Assembly (NCBI RefSeq): GCF_009914755.1
Contig: NC_060936.1
From: the human T2T-CHM13v2.0 reference genome, Homo sapiens
DNA length: 64,000 nucleotides
Strand: one strand, 5' to 3'
The notes under the pieces are model-generated. The model searched no databases. It was not told the DNA's origin and saw nothing but the letters and a program-made list of their open reading frames with translations. Below, piece after piece: positions 17,600 to 31,635 of this stretch. How positions within the stretch are numbered: the stretch's first letter is position 1; the number at the start of each line of letters is the position of its first letter. A program made the position numbers and the translations under genes.

Positions 17600-17790
17600 A
17601 TAATGGTACCAATCATTTGCAGTGTGGCAAATGCTATTCTGATTAATTTACATGTTTGAATCTATTTATTCTTCACAACTTCCCTAAGAAGTGCGTGCTA
17701 TTATTATCCTCACTGCAAGGAGACCCACAGTCAGACGGACACAATGTGATATGCCAGGATTTACCTTTATGGCCTGGGTTTTAATTACTG
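17600..17790 (-). mobile_element. MIR fragment
   Basis: atttattcttcacaacttccctaagaagtgcgtgctattattatcctc. Confidence 0.55.
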
Positions 17791-18195
17791 TGTTACAGAG
17801 ATATTCACACGTCTCTGAATCTTTAAAACCAACTTTTTAAAGTACTTACAAATGGTATTTTAAGAATTCCACAATAACAAAAGATTTGTAAATTTCTTGG
17901 AGAGTAATTTTATTTAACAGTGAGAGTGATAGATGTTATCTGGAATGAGGATATTGTGCTGGCCCTCAGACAGCTACATAATTTGTCATGATTATAAATG
18001 TACAGGCATAGGCTGGCAGAGAGCTCTATAGTAAATGGAATTCTATTCTGAAATGAATACGTAAACTGGTAGAGATTTGCACATAAATATTAGGCAGAGT
18101 TAATGCTCTGGGGATTATAGATATTTATGATTTTTTAAATACCCAGGCCATCAGCCAACATATCCTTTACGACAGTGGAAAGAAAATGAAACTAA

Positions 18196-18490
<295 letters not shown>

Positions 18491-18825
18491 GAAAATGAAA
18501 CTAAAAGGCTAAAAAAAGATGAATAGGGCAACAAAGAAAAAAAAGAAAAGAAAAGATCAAGTAGTTTGAGAAAAAGACACAGAAAATAAAACCCATCTTT
18601 GCTAAAATCTGTAATAACAATTTATGTAAAAATCCCAGATGAGAATTATTAAAACCCAAGATCTAACTAAAAATCAAAATATGTTCCAATATATTATTTA
18701 TATGGTATACTTCAGAGACAAAAAGCAGTTCTATTCATGGCCATAAACTCAAGGTCATAAAAATAAATTAGCACAGCCCCTAAGAAAATTCACCCACTGA
18801 CATACATTGTAGCCACATAACTTAC

Positions 18826-19041
18826 CATTAAACCAGATAATGTAGTGACACTTCTGGCATCCATTAAATCAGATAATATGGCAACACTTCTAGGGGGCAT
18901 TAAATCAGACAGTATGGTAACACTTTGAGGATGCATTAAACCAGGTAATACGGTAACACTTCTAGGGTGCATTAAACCAGATAATATGGTAATACTTTAA
19001 GGATGCATTAAACCAGACAAAATAGTGACATTTCTAGGATG
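18826..19041. repeat. 36-bp minisatellite, 6 diverged copies
   Basis: Units start at 18826, 18862, 18898, 18934, 18970 and 19006; consensus cattaaaccagataatatggtaacacttctaggatg. Confidence 0.95.
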
Positions 19042-19124
19042 CACCTTGCCCTCCCACCAGCCTGATCATTGCACATAGGAGACTCAGAGAGTTCTTACCT
19101 TTAATGTAGATTCCAAAACTTACA

Positions 19125-19240
19125 TTGGGGGGACCTTGTACATGCTCTGTAACTCTCTCAGCCTCAGTTTCCTCATATGCAAAATGAAGGAAAATATCTT
19201 TCCAACAGAATTCTAATGTTGATTACATGAGCCAATATGG
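19125..19240 (+). mobile_element. MIR fragment
   Basis: aactctctcagcctcagtttcctcatatgcaaaatga. Confidence 0.7.
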
Positions 19241-19429
19241 TATATTAAATCTTATACATTAAACATTACACATTAAATTATATGGTCTAAATTATAATGT
19301 TTGGACTATAGTAAGGATCTTATAATTTAATGTGTGGGATTTACTATAAGATTAAGTATATACTATATTACAATATAAAATATGATATGCATTTATATAA
19401 AATATTTTACACTCTATGTTTTATAAGTA

Positions 19430-19478
19430 TTAGGTTGGTGCAAAAGTAATTGTGGTTTTTGCCATTGAAAGTAATGGC
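19430..19478. mobile_element. MADE1 (mariner MITE), truncated
   Basis: ttaggttggtgcaaaagtaattgtggtttttgccattgaaagtaatggc; most of the second TIR is missing. Confidence 0.9.
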
Positions 19479-19959
19479 TTTTATTACTGGGCAATACATG
19501 TAATATATAATTTATAAGTAGGATTTTATACAGTAATTAAATGGTATTAAAATATTAATAGTATTGAAATATTAAATGCAAATAGTATTAAAATATTAAA
19601 TTAAATTATCAAAATTTTCCTTGTCCTGAAGTCACATAAAGAAAAACCTCATGGAAATAGAATGTCTTGGATTATAGACAGGTCATCTTCTCCAGAACTG
19701 GCAGTTGCCATGTGTGTTTGGCAGCACTTGGCGAGGCGGGGATGGTCAGGGAAGATATGTTGGAGAAGGATCCACCTACTGTAGTGAGCAGGAGGGGGGA
19801 TTTTCAGGAGGAGGGAATCAACCATATGTTATAGTCATGGATTCAAGTGTGAAACCATAGTAGACAGTTCTGGAAGGTAGGTGGCCAGAGGTTGCATGCT
19901 CAGTCTCTGAAGGAAGATGTTCAGCACTCCAATCCTGGCTCTACTAATGGTATGAGAAG

Positions 19960-20300
19960 GCAGCTCCTTCCAGCATATGACTGTCAATTGTTAAATTTTC
20001 AGGGAATTTGTGAGCCAGTCATTAAAGCAACAATTATTAGAAATTAATGGCTATAAACTTATAATTATATAAATCACATTTAAAAAGTAAGAAACACTCA
20101 AAACTCTTCACATTCTAATTATTTTTAGTACATCAAATTACTGCCCAGGGTCTAGAGATTGTTTGTGACTAATGTATCTGTACACTGGGAATCCTATAAG
20201 ACCATGTGCTAATGTGAAGTGCATTATCTTCCCAGCCCCATATTCTGTGTTGTCAAGTTAGTAGTTTAAAGTCAGCCATAGTCGTAGCATTTGCATAGTA
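19960..20300. mobile_element. MER63-like hAT DNA transposon fragment
   Basis: ttgttaaattttcagggaatttgtgagccagt..cactcaaaactc..tctagagattgtttgtgactaatgtatctg. Confidence 0.6.
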
Positions 20301-20648
20301 TCGATACTATAAGAAGTTTTAATTTAACAAATATAATTTGTATGAGACTAAGAAAGACTCCTACAGGAGAGCACATGGATGTACCTTGAAAACATTGTGC
20401 TAAGTAAAAGAAGCCAGATAAAAAGGTCACACATTGTATAATGCTACGTATGCACAATGTCCAGAATAGGCAAATCCATAGAGACAAAAAGCAGATTAGC
20501 AATGCCAGGAGTGAGAAAAGGAAGAAAGGGGAATGAATTGCTCACAGGTACAGAGTTCCCTTTGGAGTGATGAAATCATCTGGAATTAGATAGATGTGAT
20601 GGGTTGCACAACTCTTTGAACATAATAAAGACCATAGAACTATACACA

Positions 20649-21444
20649 TTTTTTTTATTATACTTTAAGTTCTAGGGTACCTGTGCACAACATGCAGGTT
20701 TGTTACATATGTATACATGTGCCATGTTGGTGTGCTGCACCCATTAACTTATCATTTACATTAGGTATATCTCCTAATGCTATCCCTCCCCGCACCCCCC
20801 ACCCCACGACAGGCCCCGGTGTATGATGTTTCCCATCCTGTGTCCAAGTGTTCTCATTGTTCAATTCTCACCTATGAGTGAGAACATGCGGTGTTTGGTT
20901 TTCTGTCCTTGCGATAGTTTGCTCAGAATGATGGTTTCCAGCTTTACCCATGTCCCTGCAACGGACAGGAACTCATCCTTTTTTATGGCTGCATAGTATT
21001 CCATGGTGCATATGTGCCACGTTTTCTTAATCCAGTCTATCACTGATGGACATTTGGGTTGGTTCCAAGTGTTTGCTATTGTGAATAGTGCCACAATAAA
21101 CATATGTGTGCATGTGTCTTTATAGCAGCATGATTTATAATCCTTTGGGTGTACACCCAGTAATGGGATGGCTGGGTCAAATGGTATTTCTAGTTCTAGA
21201 TCCTTGAGGAATCACCACACTGTCTTCCACAATGGTGGAACTAGTTTACAGTCCCACCAACAGTGTAAAAGTGTTCCTATTTCTCCACATCCTCTCCAGC
21301 ACCTGTTGTTTCCTGACTTTTTAATGATCACCATTCTAACTGGTGTGAGATGGCATCTCATTGTGGTTTTGATTTGCATTGCTCTGATGGCCAGTGATGA
21401 TGGGCATTTTTTCATGTGTCTGTTGGCTGCATAAATGTCTTCTT
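20649..21444 (-). mobile_element. L1PA5-like 3' end (non-inverted part of a twin-primed insertion)
   Basis: Poly-T, then ttattatactttaagttctagggtac..; ORF2 C-terminal peptides ([32 protein letters not shown]) on the minus strand. Confidence 0.95.
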
Positions 21445-22259
21445 GCTCATGGATAGAAAGAATCAATATTGTGAAAATGGTCATACTGCCCAAGGTAATT
21501 TATAGATTCAATGCCATCGCCATCAAGCTACCAATGACTTTCTTCACAGAATTGGAAAAAACTACTTTACAGTTCATATGGAACCAAAAAAGAGCCCACA
21601 TTGCCAAGACAATCCTAAGCCAAAAGAACAAACTGGAGGCATCATGCTACCTGACTTCAAACTATACTACAAGGCTACAGTAACCAAAACAGCATGGTAC
21701 TGGTACCAAAACAGAGATATAGACCAATGGAACAGAACAGAGCCCTCAGAAATAATACCACACATCTACAACCATCTGATATTTGACAAACCTGACAAAA
21801 ACAAGAAATGGGGAAAGGATTCCCTATGTAAGAAATGGTGCTGGGAAAACTGGCTAGCCATACGTAGAAAGCTGAAACTAGATCCCTTCCTTAAACCTTA
21901 TATAAAAATTAATTCAAGATGGATTAAAGACTTAAATGTTAGACCTAAAACCATAAAAATCCTAGAAGAAAACCTAGGCAATACCATTCAGGACATAGGC
22001 ATGGGCAAGGACTTCATGTCTAAAACACCAAAAGCAATGACAGCAAAAGCCTACATTGACAAATGGGATCTAATTAAACTAAAGAGCTTCTGCACAGCAA
22101 AAGGAACTACCATCAGAGTGAACAGGCAACCTACAGAATGGGAGAAAATTTTTGCAATCTACCCATCTGACAAAGGGCTAATATCCAGAATCTACAAAGA
22201 ACTTAAACAAATTTACAAGAAAAAATCAAACAACCCCATTAAAAATTGGGCGAAGGATA
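21445..22259 (+). mobile_element. L1PA5-like ORF2 segment (inverted 5' part of the same insertion)
   Basis: ORF2 peptides [25 protein letters not shown] and [30 protein letters not shown]; TSD aactatacac flanks the whole insertion (20638-20647 and 22262-22271). Confidence 0.95.
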
Positions 22260-22769
22260 ATAACTATACACTTTCAAATGATGAATATTATGGTGTGTGA
22301 ATTATATCTCAAGAAAGCTGTTATGAACAAACTATTCCTTCTGAACTTCCTTAACTATCTTGCCTACCTGGAAATGCAGTGAGCATCTAGGTAAACTTTA
22401 TAGAAATAGGGAGTATGAAAAAGGAACAAAATATAAAGTGGCCATCTTTTCCTAAAAAAAGGAGTTAATAAGTTATTTCATCTAATTTACTTTTATCACA
22501 ATAAAGATACCATGAATGTGTCTTTGAATTTTTAATGATTAGTTGTGTCCGGATAAAGGCTAAAATGCTATTTAGAAAGCAATTTAAACAATAAAAACCC
22601 CAAAAGCATGATTTCGGAGCAAGTTAAAGCAGCCATGGAGTCAGGGAGAACTTTTACCTTATGTTTGTATATTAATTATCTTTGGTTGCATAAATCATTG
22701 GCCCCTGAACTTGACAAAAACGATATTACAGAATGTTATTGTTCTTAACAATACAATTCAAAGGTAGAC

Positions 22770-22892
22770 ATTATATGTATGTTATATATAATAATATTTA
22801 TATATTATGTATGTAATATAATATATATACTATATTATATTTGTATACTGTAATATATATAAAATGTGTATATATACATTATATATATATAA
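22770..22892. repeat. AT-rich low-complexity tract
   Basis: TA runs. Confidence 0.8.
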
Positions 22893-23239
22893 TGACTCTC
22901 TCAGAAAACAGGTTTAAGTTAAATATTGCAACACATCTTAGGTTTCCATTGATTTGCAAACATTTGTACCAGCACCAGCTGTTGAATGCCTTTCTGAGCA
23001 CTGCCATGCACATAGCTAAATTTGGCAGTTTAAAACAACAGAAATGTATCCTCTCCCCAATCTGGAGACCTGAATTCCTCAATCAAGATAAACAGAAGTT
23101 GAATTCTACCAGCCTATAGTTGATGCTTATTTCTTTTTCTGTGGATCAGAGAAACTTCAATGGTTGCGTGATTTCTGTTTTTCTATGTCTGTGAAGCCAT
23201 GCTCAGTGTGTAAACCAAGAATTATTGAAAAACCTAGAG

Positions 23240-23739
23240 CAGGGGTCCCCAACCCCTAGGCCATGGACCAGTACCAGTTTGTGGCCTGTTAGGAGCTGGG
23301 CCTCACAGCAGGAGGTTAGTGACAGGCAAGCATGACGCAAAGCTTTAGCTGTATTTACAGCCACTTCCCATTGCTCTCATTACCACCTGAGCTCTGCCTC
23401 CTGTCAGATCAGCAGTGGCAATAGATTCTCACAGGAGTGTGAACCCTACTGTGAACTGTGCTTGCATACGAAAGATCCAGATTGTGAGCTTCTTATGAGA
23501 ATCAAATGCCTGATGATCTGTCACTGTCTCCCATCACCCCCAGATGGGACTATTTAGCTGCAGGAAAATGAGCTCAGGGCTCACACTGATCCTACATTAT
23601 GCTGAGTATGTAATCATAGTAGAAATAAAGAGCACAATAAATGTAAATGCACTTGAATCATTTCCAAACCATTCCCTGTCCACGGAAAAATTGTCTTTCA
23701 TGAAACTGGTCCCTGGTACCAAAAAGGTGGGGACTGCTA
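23240..23739 (+). mobile_element. MER1A hAT-Charlie element, full length
   Basis: caggggtccccaacccc ... aaaaaggtggggactgcta; perfect 8-bp TSD acctagag (23232-23239 and 23740-23747). Confidence 0.95.
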
Positions 23740-26700
23740 ACCTAGAGTACTAAGAATTCATTTGTTGCCTTCTAGTTTTCAGGCATCTGAGTAAGAAAAA
23801 CATTTTCATCTCGTGATCCTGGTCAGGAGATATGCACTCGGAGGAGAGGTGAACAGATGCACACGGTCAAAAGCACAACAGTAACCTGTGTTCCCTTTGC
23901 CCACTGAGGTGCCTTAGTGCACACTGTGCTGAGTGGGACTGTGTTGAGCAGCAGCTGGAAATATGCTGGACTCATATGAGGACCACAGGCCTGTGGCAAC
24001 AGGACTTAGAGCTCATCTGAGATTGGGAAATTAAGAAAGGAACCAGAACAGTTAGTTTGTCCAAGTCCCTGCAAAATTATGTTTTTGTAAAATGTCACTA
24101 AATTACCATAGCCCAAACGTTCCCACGATTACGTAAAATAAATACGTTAACTCAAACTAGTAAAGTAGTCTCATGCAAGATATATGCAATGAATAAAAGA
24201 TGAGCCTTCTTCTTCAGCTATACTGGTTCTTTCAAATTCTAATAATATGTATTCCTTTTATTCAAATGGAAGTTTTTATTCCAGTTTTAAAATTATAATC
24301 ATGATTTGTTGGGACTTCTGGAATGGTAGAAGGAAGAAATCCTCTCTCCAAAACAGGAAAGAAAAGACAGACGAAGCTATAAAAAAAAAACAACTCTTTC
24401 AGAAGCCTGAAAGCTCATAACCCATTGTTGAATGAGAATGCTGATCACATGTCTTCAGTTTTGGTTTGCACAGCTTCTTATTAAAATAAATTTATTATTA
24501 AAATCAAATTTTTTACCAGAGTCAAAAATAGCACCATCTGCTCATCACATACTTGTTAAAAGTCTATTTCCACAATACCAACCATTGTTTCTGCAAAATA
24601 TCATTACCTCCTCTATGATTGGGAAGCTGGCTCTGGATGGTGTGAATATAGAAACAACATCAGGAAAGAAGAAATACACGCTATTTTCTTAACAGCTTTG
24701 TCAACTTTTTGATTGGTACTGGAAACATAATGAGAGCAGCCACAATGCATTGAAAACAGTCTTTGTAGCGATTTAGGGATTGTGTGTGTTTTTTCCTCTG
24801 TTTTCTTATTGCCTTTTTTTTTTTTTTTAACACTGCATTTGCTTGGTCAGATGCAATGTTCTTAAATACCCACCAGCACCGAATCCTTGCAGGGAACTCA
24901 GTATAAGGAAGCATGTGGGAAGCCCCTGGGTAGAGGACAGTGCAGGTTGTGCAAAGATTATTCATAATGAATCAAAGCCCTAGCAGAGGCAGATGGTTTA
25001 TCTGTGGCATTTGTACAGTATACGCTGAGTGCACTTAAATGTAATAAGGGAGCTATAATATGCTAGTCAATTTCCATCTAGTTAAAAAATCATGTGCAAT
25101 TAATTCCATCGAAATATTTTCTCTAGCTTTATAATTCTCAGTGCAATGCTTTGTGCAAAAGGCTCACCAGGGAATTTTCTCTTACTGTATTTCCCCAGGG
25201 AACATGCTTAGGAGCTTTCTCCCTACTGTTATTGGGTCTCTGTTCCTTCCCGCCCCTTGTGAGTAATCAATGACTAATGAGAATTATAGACAAAGGACTG
25301 AGTTTTTCGCTCATGTAAAGAGAATAATGGGAAAAACACACGTTTTTATTGCCTTTTCGGTATAGATCTGCCTGAGTCACCAGGAAATTACACAGAGGCC
25401 TGTAGGTATAAAGCCAAGACAAGGTGTGGGCTGCTTGGTTGCTAACAAGTGAAGTCAGGTCACTTATATGGCATTGAAGATACAGAATAAAGTCATTGAG
25501 GCCACAAGATGCAAGTTAGTTATCACAAAGTTGAGGGTATAAACAACCTCCCATCACAAACATGATTTCCACCATAGGTGAAAAGCCATTTGGCCATGTA
25601 AGTTTCCTTATTCAACTACTATCTCAGCTTTTCAATTTCTGTCTTCGGCTATAATTTCTTGCCTAGCCTAGAGGCTATCGTCGTTCACATGCTGAGATAG
25701 CCTAGGACTACAGCAAGAGAGGAAGGATGGACAGGAAGGTCACTAGATTTTTAGAAAAGTTACTATGTCTGGCCTTCAAAACAAATTCAATAGAAATGAA
25801 TAAATATAATAAAAATTCCAGCTAGGTGCTCATCCCTGAGCCGGAATGGGCTCTCCCGTTGTTAGAGAGGGGGATTAAAAAGTTAAAAAAACACATCTTC
25901 ACCAAACAGATTTTCTGCTTCATGCAACCAGGCAGACTAAAGGAGAATTATAATGGGAAATGGTTTTTCACCATATGGTTTAATATCATTTAATATGGAG
26001 GCTGGTGCCACCTAAAATCACCTCTCATTGCAGCTGAGGCACACGCTGTCTACCTAGGGGCACCAGTAAGCTCTAATGGCTTCATTTTACCATCTGAGAG
26101 AAGTGATTTATCCAAGATGTATGGAAGATGAGAACACACGACACTAATCTCCAAGTTGATGGTGGTTCTGCCATATTGATCATCTTTAAAAACACCAAGA
26201 CATTTAGGAATTTTAAATATCAGTATCCAGAAAACTAACTACTTGGAGTATGCAATGACATACACATTTGAGTGCTAGCTATGGGCACAAGATTCAGGGA
26301 GATATTGGCTTATAGAACAAGTACGACACCTGCAGTTTTGGAGTTTTAAACTTCGTGTTTGATTAAACAGAAAACAATAGCAACAACAACAAAGCCCAAT
26401 TTGAAGGCAAAGCAAAAGCATGCAATTTTCTTCAAATACAGTAAGACTCCACTTGTTACTGAGAACAGTTCTTGCCTTCATCGATTCATAGATCTCATTC
26501 TCTGAAAACACACGGTCCCTCAATTTGACTCAATCCCTTCATGATGAAACTGCATCATTTACATATGTGGAGTATGTCATCATTTAATCAAACAGGCAGA
26601 GGATAGTAGTAACTTGATTTTTAACAATATAGTAAAAACACATTTAATTGCACCCTTTTGACCTATAGAAAATCAATGTAATTTTACATTAAACTTGATT

Positions 26701-27303
26701 TCAATTCTGTTAGATTGCTAAACATATTTCTGAGAGTATGTTTAAGGATGTGAAACAACACACGCAATATTAAAATGTATCCAGACAGGGATCATCTCGC
26801 CCTGATCCCAGGACACCATTTGCACGTGGAACTCTCATTTGCTTAACGGGAAAGATGCCCCTGCAACAGTGAGGGAGCTGCCTGCAGGAAGGAGGAAGGT
26901 AGGAGGAAGGGTTACAATTATGTTTTCCCTATCATTAGTCTTCATTCTTGAATTCATAAGTCAAAGCCAAGGTCTACATTCCTCACAATGCTGAGACATT
27001 AGTGGAATGTGGAAAAACATCCATCCTCTTAGACTGATAATGTCCTTAATGTGCCAGGAGGCTTTCTGTGCTGTGCCTCATGGCCAATTATACAAGTTCA
27101 TTCTTCCACGCCCGCCTCTAGGTTCAGACGTGAAGTCCATGTTGTGAATGTAAAAGCAGACCCCTATGACCTTCACGAGATGGGTTTCTAAACATACTTA
27201 GAAGCAAGTCCCCACCCCCACAATCCTCACTGTACACACAGAAAACAGACAGCTCTCCTGGGATAATTCAGTATAGCCCAATTCCTAAACCAATCCCCAA
27301 AAC

Positions 27304-27600
27304 TAGAGGTTGAAACCGATAGCTCGAGGCCATATTAGCCCCCCATGATTGGTGTCTCAATCCTTTTGTGTTGGCCTGTTCAAAGTTTAAAAAAACTTAA
27401 TTACCTATTTAAAATGAGGAGTGGGGTGAAAACATCATATCAAATTCTAGGTTTCTGCCTTCTCTTGTGAAATAAAAACGAAAACATAATATTTGCTCAT
27501 GATACTACATTGCTGCCTGGAAACTACTAAGAAAAAAAAGAGTATTTATTACCTTTGCACAGGGCTTAGACTGTTCCTATTCCCACTGTCTTCAGTCTCC
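27304..27600 (+). mobile_element. MER102-like hAT fragment
   Basis: tagaggttgaaaccgatagctcgaggcc..ttggcctg..ctaggtttctgccttctcttg. Confidence 0.4.
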
Positions 27601-27754
27601 ATGATTCCTTTAAATCAACTGATCAATTGATCAATCAATCAAGCACAAACATACATATTTTTCATGTACTTCCTTCTTACATGATTACATAAGTCCTTCT
27701 ACTTATCTCATTTATTTTATTTATTCAACTTGAGCTGTCTCCTTGGAACACTCT

Positions 27755-27965
27755 TCACGGTTAAACATGGAAGCTCTACAGTTCAGTGGCCTGAGTTTGA
27801 TTCCTGACCTTGATTTGTATCCATGGCATGACCTTGGGGAAGGTCCAGAAGTTTGGGGAGCCTATTTCTTGAACTGTAACATGGGGATAATAATAGTAGC
27901 TACCTCTTTGGGCCACTGTGAGAAGCAACGAGATACCGTGTAGGAAACAGCACCAGGCCTGGGGA
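27755..27965 (+). mobile_element. MIR
   Basis: cctgagtttgattcctgac..gaccttggg..ctgtaacatggggataataatagtagctacctc. Confidence 0.75.
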
Positions 27966-28317
27966 AACCCTGCAGTGCCTGCTGCTGCTGCTGATGTGGC
28001 TACTGTCCCTGTTGCCATTCATTCTCTCATAAAGTCGGTTTCAAAAGGAAGGCTCAAATGCACTATTGTCCTTCCCTCTGCCTTCAACAAGCACAGAAAC
28101 AGAGGGAGACTGACAGCCACACCTTATATTTACCATCCTGACACTGTCTTCCCCACAGCCTTGGGCTCTAAGCTGGAGGAAACCGGCAGTGCTTTCTTGT
28201 GGGGAAGATGGGGCAGGCCTGCCAGGCAAAAGGGTTTTGACACAGCAGCCTAAAAATAAGAAGGTTTCTCAAAAATTATGATGGAGAAAAGTAGAGATTC
28301 TGTAAGTATTAAGTTAG

Positions 28318-28973
<656 letters not shown>

Positions 28974-29008
28974 TAATGGCAAAAACCACAGTTACTCTTG
29001 TATCAAGC

Positions 29009-29134
29009 TAGCAGGTTCCTTCAACATACTGTTGTAGTAGGTTTCTTGTACTGTTCTAGTAGGTTCCTTTGGCGTACTGTTCTAATAGGTTCTTTCAGTG
29101 TACTGTTCTAGTAGGTTCCTTCGGCGTACTGTTC
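29009..29134. repeat. 26-bp minisatellite, about 5 copies
   Basis: Consensus tagtaggttccttcggcgtactgttc; copy 2 lacks 4 nt. Confidence 0.9.
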
Positions 29135-29199
29135 TCCTTGTTGGAGCTGCTGATACCTGGCCCTGTACCCTGCTGATCCATTCCCCAACAGTCACATAT

Positions 29200-29545
29200 C
29201 CACTTATTCACTCATGTGGAATTTCTGTTTGATTTGGGAACTGCTTTGTGACAGCGCAATGCTCAATGCTGGGATGGTTGAGCTGAAATGAGACAAACAT
29301 GGTCCCGATGCTCAGGGGAGGTCATTCTAGGGGCAAGGAGACTGCAATAAGCAAATAAACTAATGACATTTCAGACACTGGTGAATATTATTACAAAAAT
29401 AAACTCCAGACAATAGTTTTTAAAGATTCTTGGGGAAGGTCTCCCTAAGGAGGGAAATCTGAATGAAGAGTTAGTCAGCCATGGAAAGACCCAGAAGATG
29501 AGACTCTAAGCAGGTGACCCAGTGCAGAGGCCCTGGGGTTGGCAC
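29200..29545 (-). mobile_element. L2 3' fragment
   Basis: ttattcactcat..aacatggtcccgatgctcaggggaggtcattctag..ggaaggtctccctaaggagg..agtgcagaggccctgggg. Confidence 0.6.
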
Positions 29546-29594
29546 CAGGTCCCATGTTCACTGATCAGATGGGCCTGTGTGGAAGATGCCAAGC

Positions 29595-29740
29595 ACACAT
29601 TATCTCATGCAATTGTTCCAACAACCCAGTGAGATGGATAAACTATTATCCCCATTTTGAGGATGCAGAAACGGAGGTATGGGGAGGTTAATAGTTCCCC
29701 TGTAAGTGAGGGAAAGAGAAATTCAACTTAGGTAGTGTGT
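29595..29740 (-). mobile_element. MIR
   Basis: cattatctcat..caacaacccagtgag..tattatccccattttgaggatgcagaaacggagg. Confidence 0.7.
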
Positions 29741-30834
29741 TCTTCCTTCCAGAAGCGAGATGCTCAGTTACTTAGCTCTGCAGGTCAGCTTCGTATTCAG
29801 CTTCCTGCTGGGCTTCTGTGAGCCTGGTGTCCCACCTGACTGACCCACCGTCAGCTCAGCCCTTTCCCTGTCCACCTCAGTTCCAACTGCTCCATGTCTG
29901 GCCACCCTCATGAAACTCGCCAGTTTTGATTTCTGTTCAAATAACCTTGGATAGAAAAGGGACTGCTATTGGAAAATGAAACCATGCTGAGCACAGACTT
30001 CAATAAAAGATGGATCTCACGTTTGTGCAAGAATATTCCAAAGTGGTACATGGGGGCTATTTCTATTTTTTCTGTTCAGTGTTCATGGTGTTTCCCCCAA
30101 CTCTGTGCATGAAGACTGTAGTTAGCTTTTAGAAAGACTAAATATGCCATAGCTATACAAACTTCTTTTTCCCTTAAAACATGGGAAGCCTTAGATGTAA
30201 AAATAGCCGTTAAATCTTTATTATTTCTACTACTTGGAAGAGGAGCTTGCATAATCCACTCGGGTTGTGTATACATCATCTCCACCCCTGCTTAGTTGTG
30301 AATTGTCTCAAGAAGAAAATATTGGATACCACCCACTAATCACCCATTAACAAGCACATATAGGTTGTGATACAAAGAGCTCTTTAAGTGGATTAATTGA
30401 AAGCATCGCTGAATGAGCTGGAGGATTTCAGCTAATGACTTTGAAAAAGCACTTGAAATAATTAATGGTGACTAATGACACTAAATAGTATAATAAATAC
30501 CACTGTTGACATTTTGATAGGAAAAGTCACCAGACAGAGGTCGTCCTTATTTCAGAAAGTGGAAGCAGCACCCAGGAGAAGTTTCAAGTCAGGACAGTCT
30601 AACAAAATGATCTAATTCTTGCTTACTCTTAGTCCCAAAAAGGCAGGCTTTCATGGTCTGGATAAAAAAGTGTGGAGTACACACCCTAGACCCCAATCAA
30701 GTCCATTCCTAGCCTGCAACCTGTGTTCTGTTGTCTCGCACAGTTGGGAAAGGCATCTTCAGTCTCTGAGCTTCCCACGCACATTTGCTGGAATTGTCTT
30801 TCAAGGCACAGAAGCCTAAAACTCTGCGATGATT

Positions 30835-31205
<371 letters not shown>

Positions 31206-31217
31206 TTAATGTCTTAG

Positions 31218-31560
<343 letters not shown>

Positions 31561-31568
31561 TGCCCCGC

Positions 31569-31635
31569 CTTTTTTTAAATTTAGCTTTTAAGTTCACAGG
31601 TACATGTGCAGGTTTGTTCTATAAGTAAATTTGTG
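31569..31635 (-). mobile_element. Very short L1PA (older subfamily) 3' terminus
   Basis: ttttaagttcacaggtacatgtgcaggtttgtt..taaatttgtgtcatgggggtttgtt. Confidence 0.75.

Larger units (their letters stand above)
20370..22323 (+). mobile_element. Old L1MB-like 3' end, split by the L1PA insertion (parts 20370-20650 and 22262-22323)
   Basis: acatggatgtaccttgaaaacattgtgctaagtaaaagaagccaga, aatgtccagaataggcaaatccatagagaca; resumes atgaatattatggtgtgtgaattatatctcaa. Confidence 0.85.

Noticed and set aside
18826-19041. 36-bp repeats as a CRISPR array
   Set aside because: Units are contiguous with no unique spacers, there are no cas genes, and the DNA is primate; it is a minisatellite.
21578-22300. 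240-aa ORF as a gene
   Set aside because: It is a frameshifted fragment of L1 ORF2 from a truncated, inverted element.
26046-26066. CTCF-like gtctacctaggggcacc (also ccaccaggggac at ~49866)
   Set aside because: Mismatches at core motif positions; not supportable without ChIP data.
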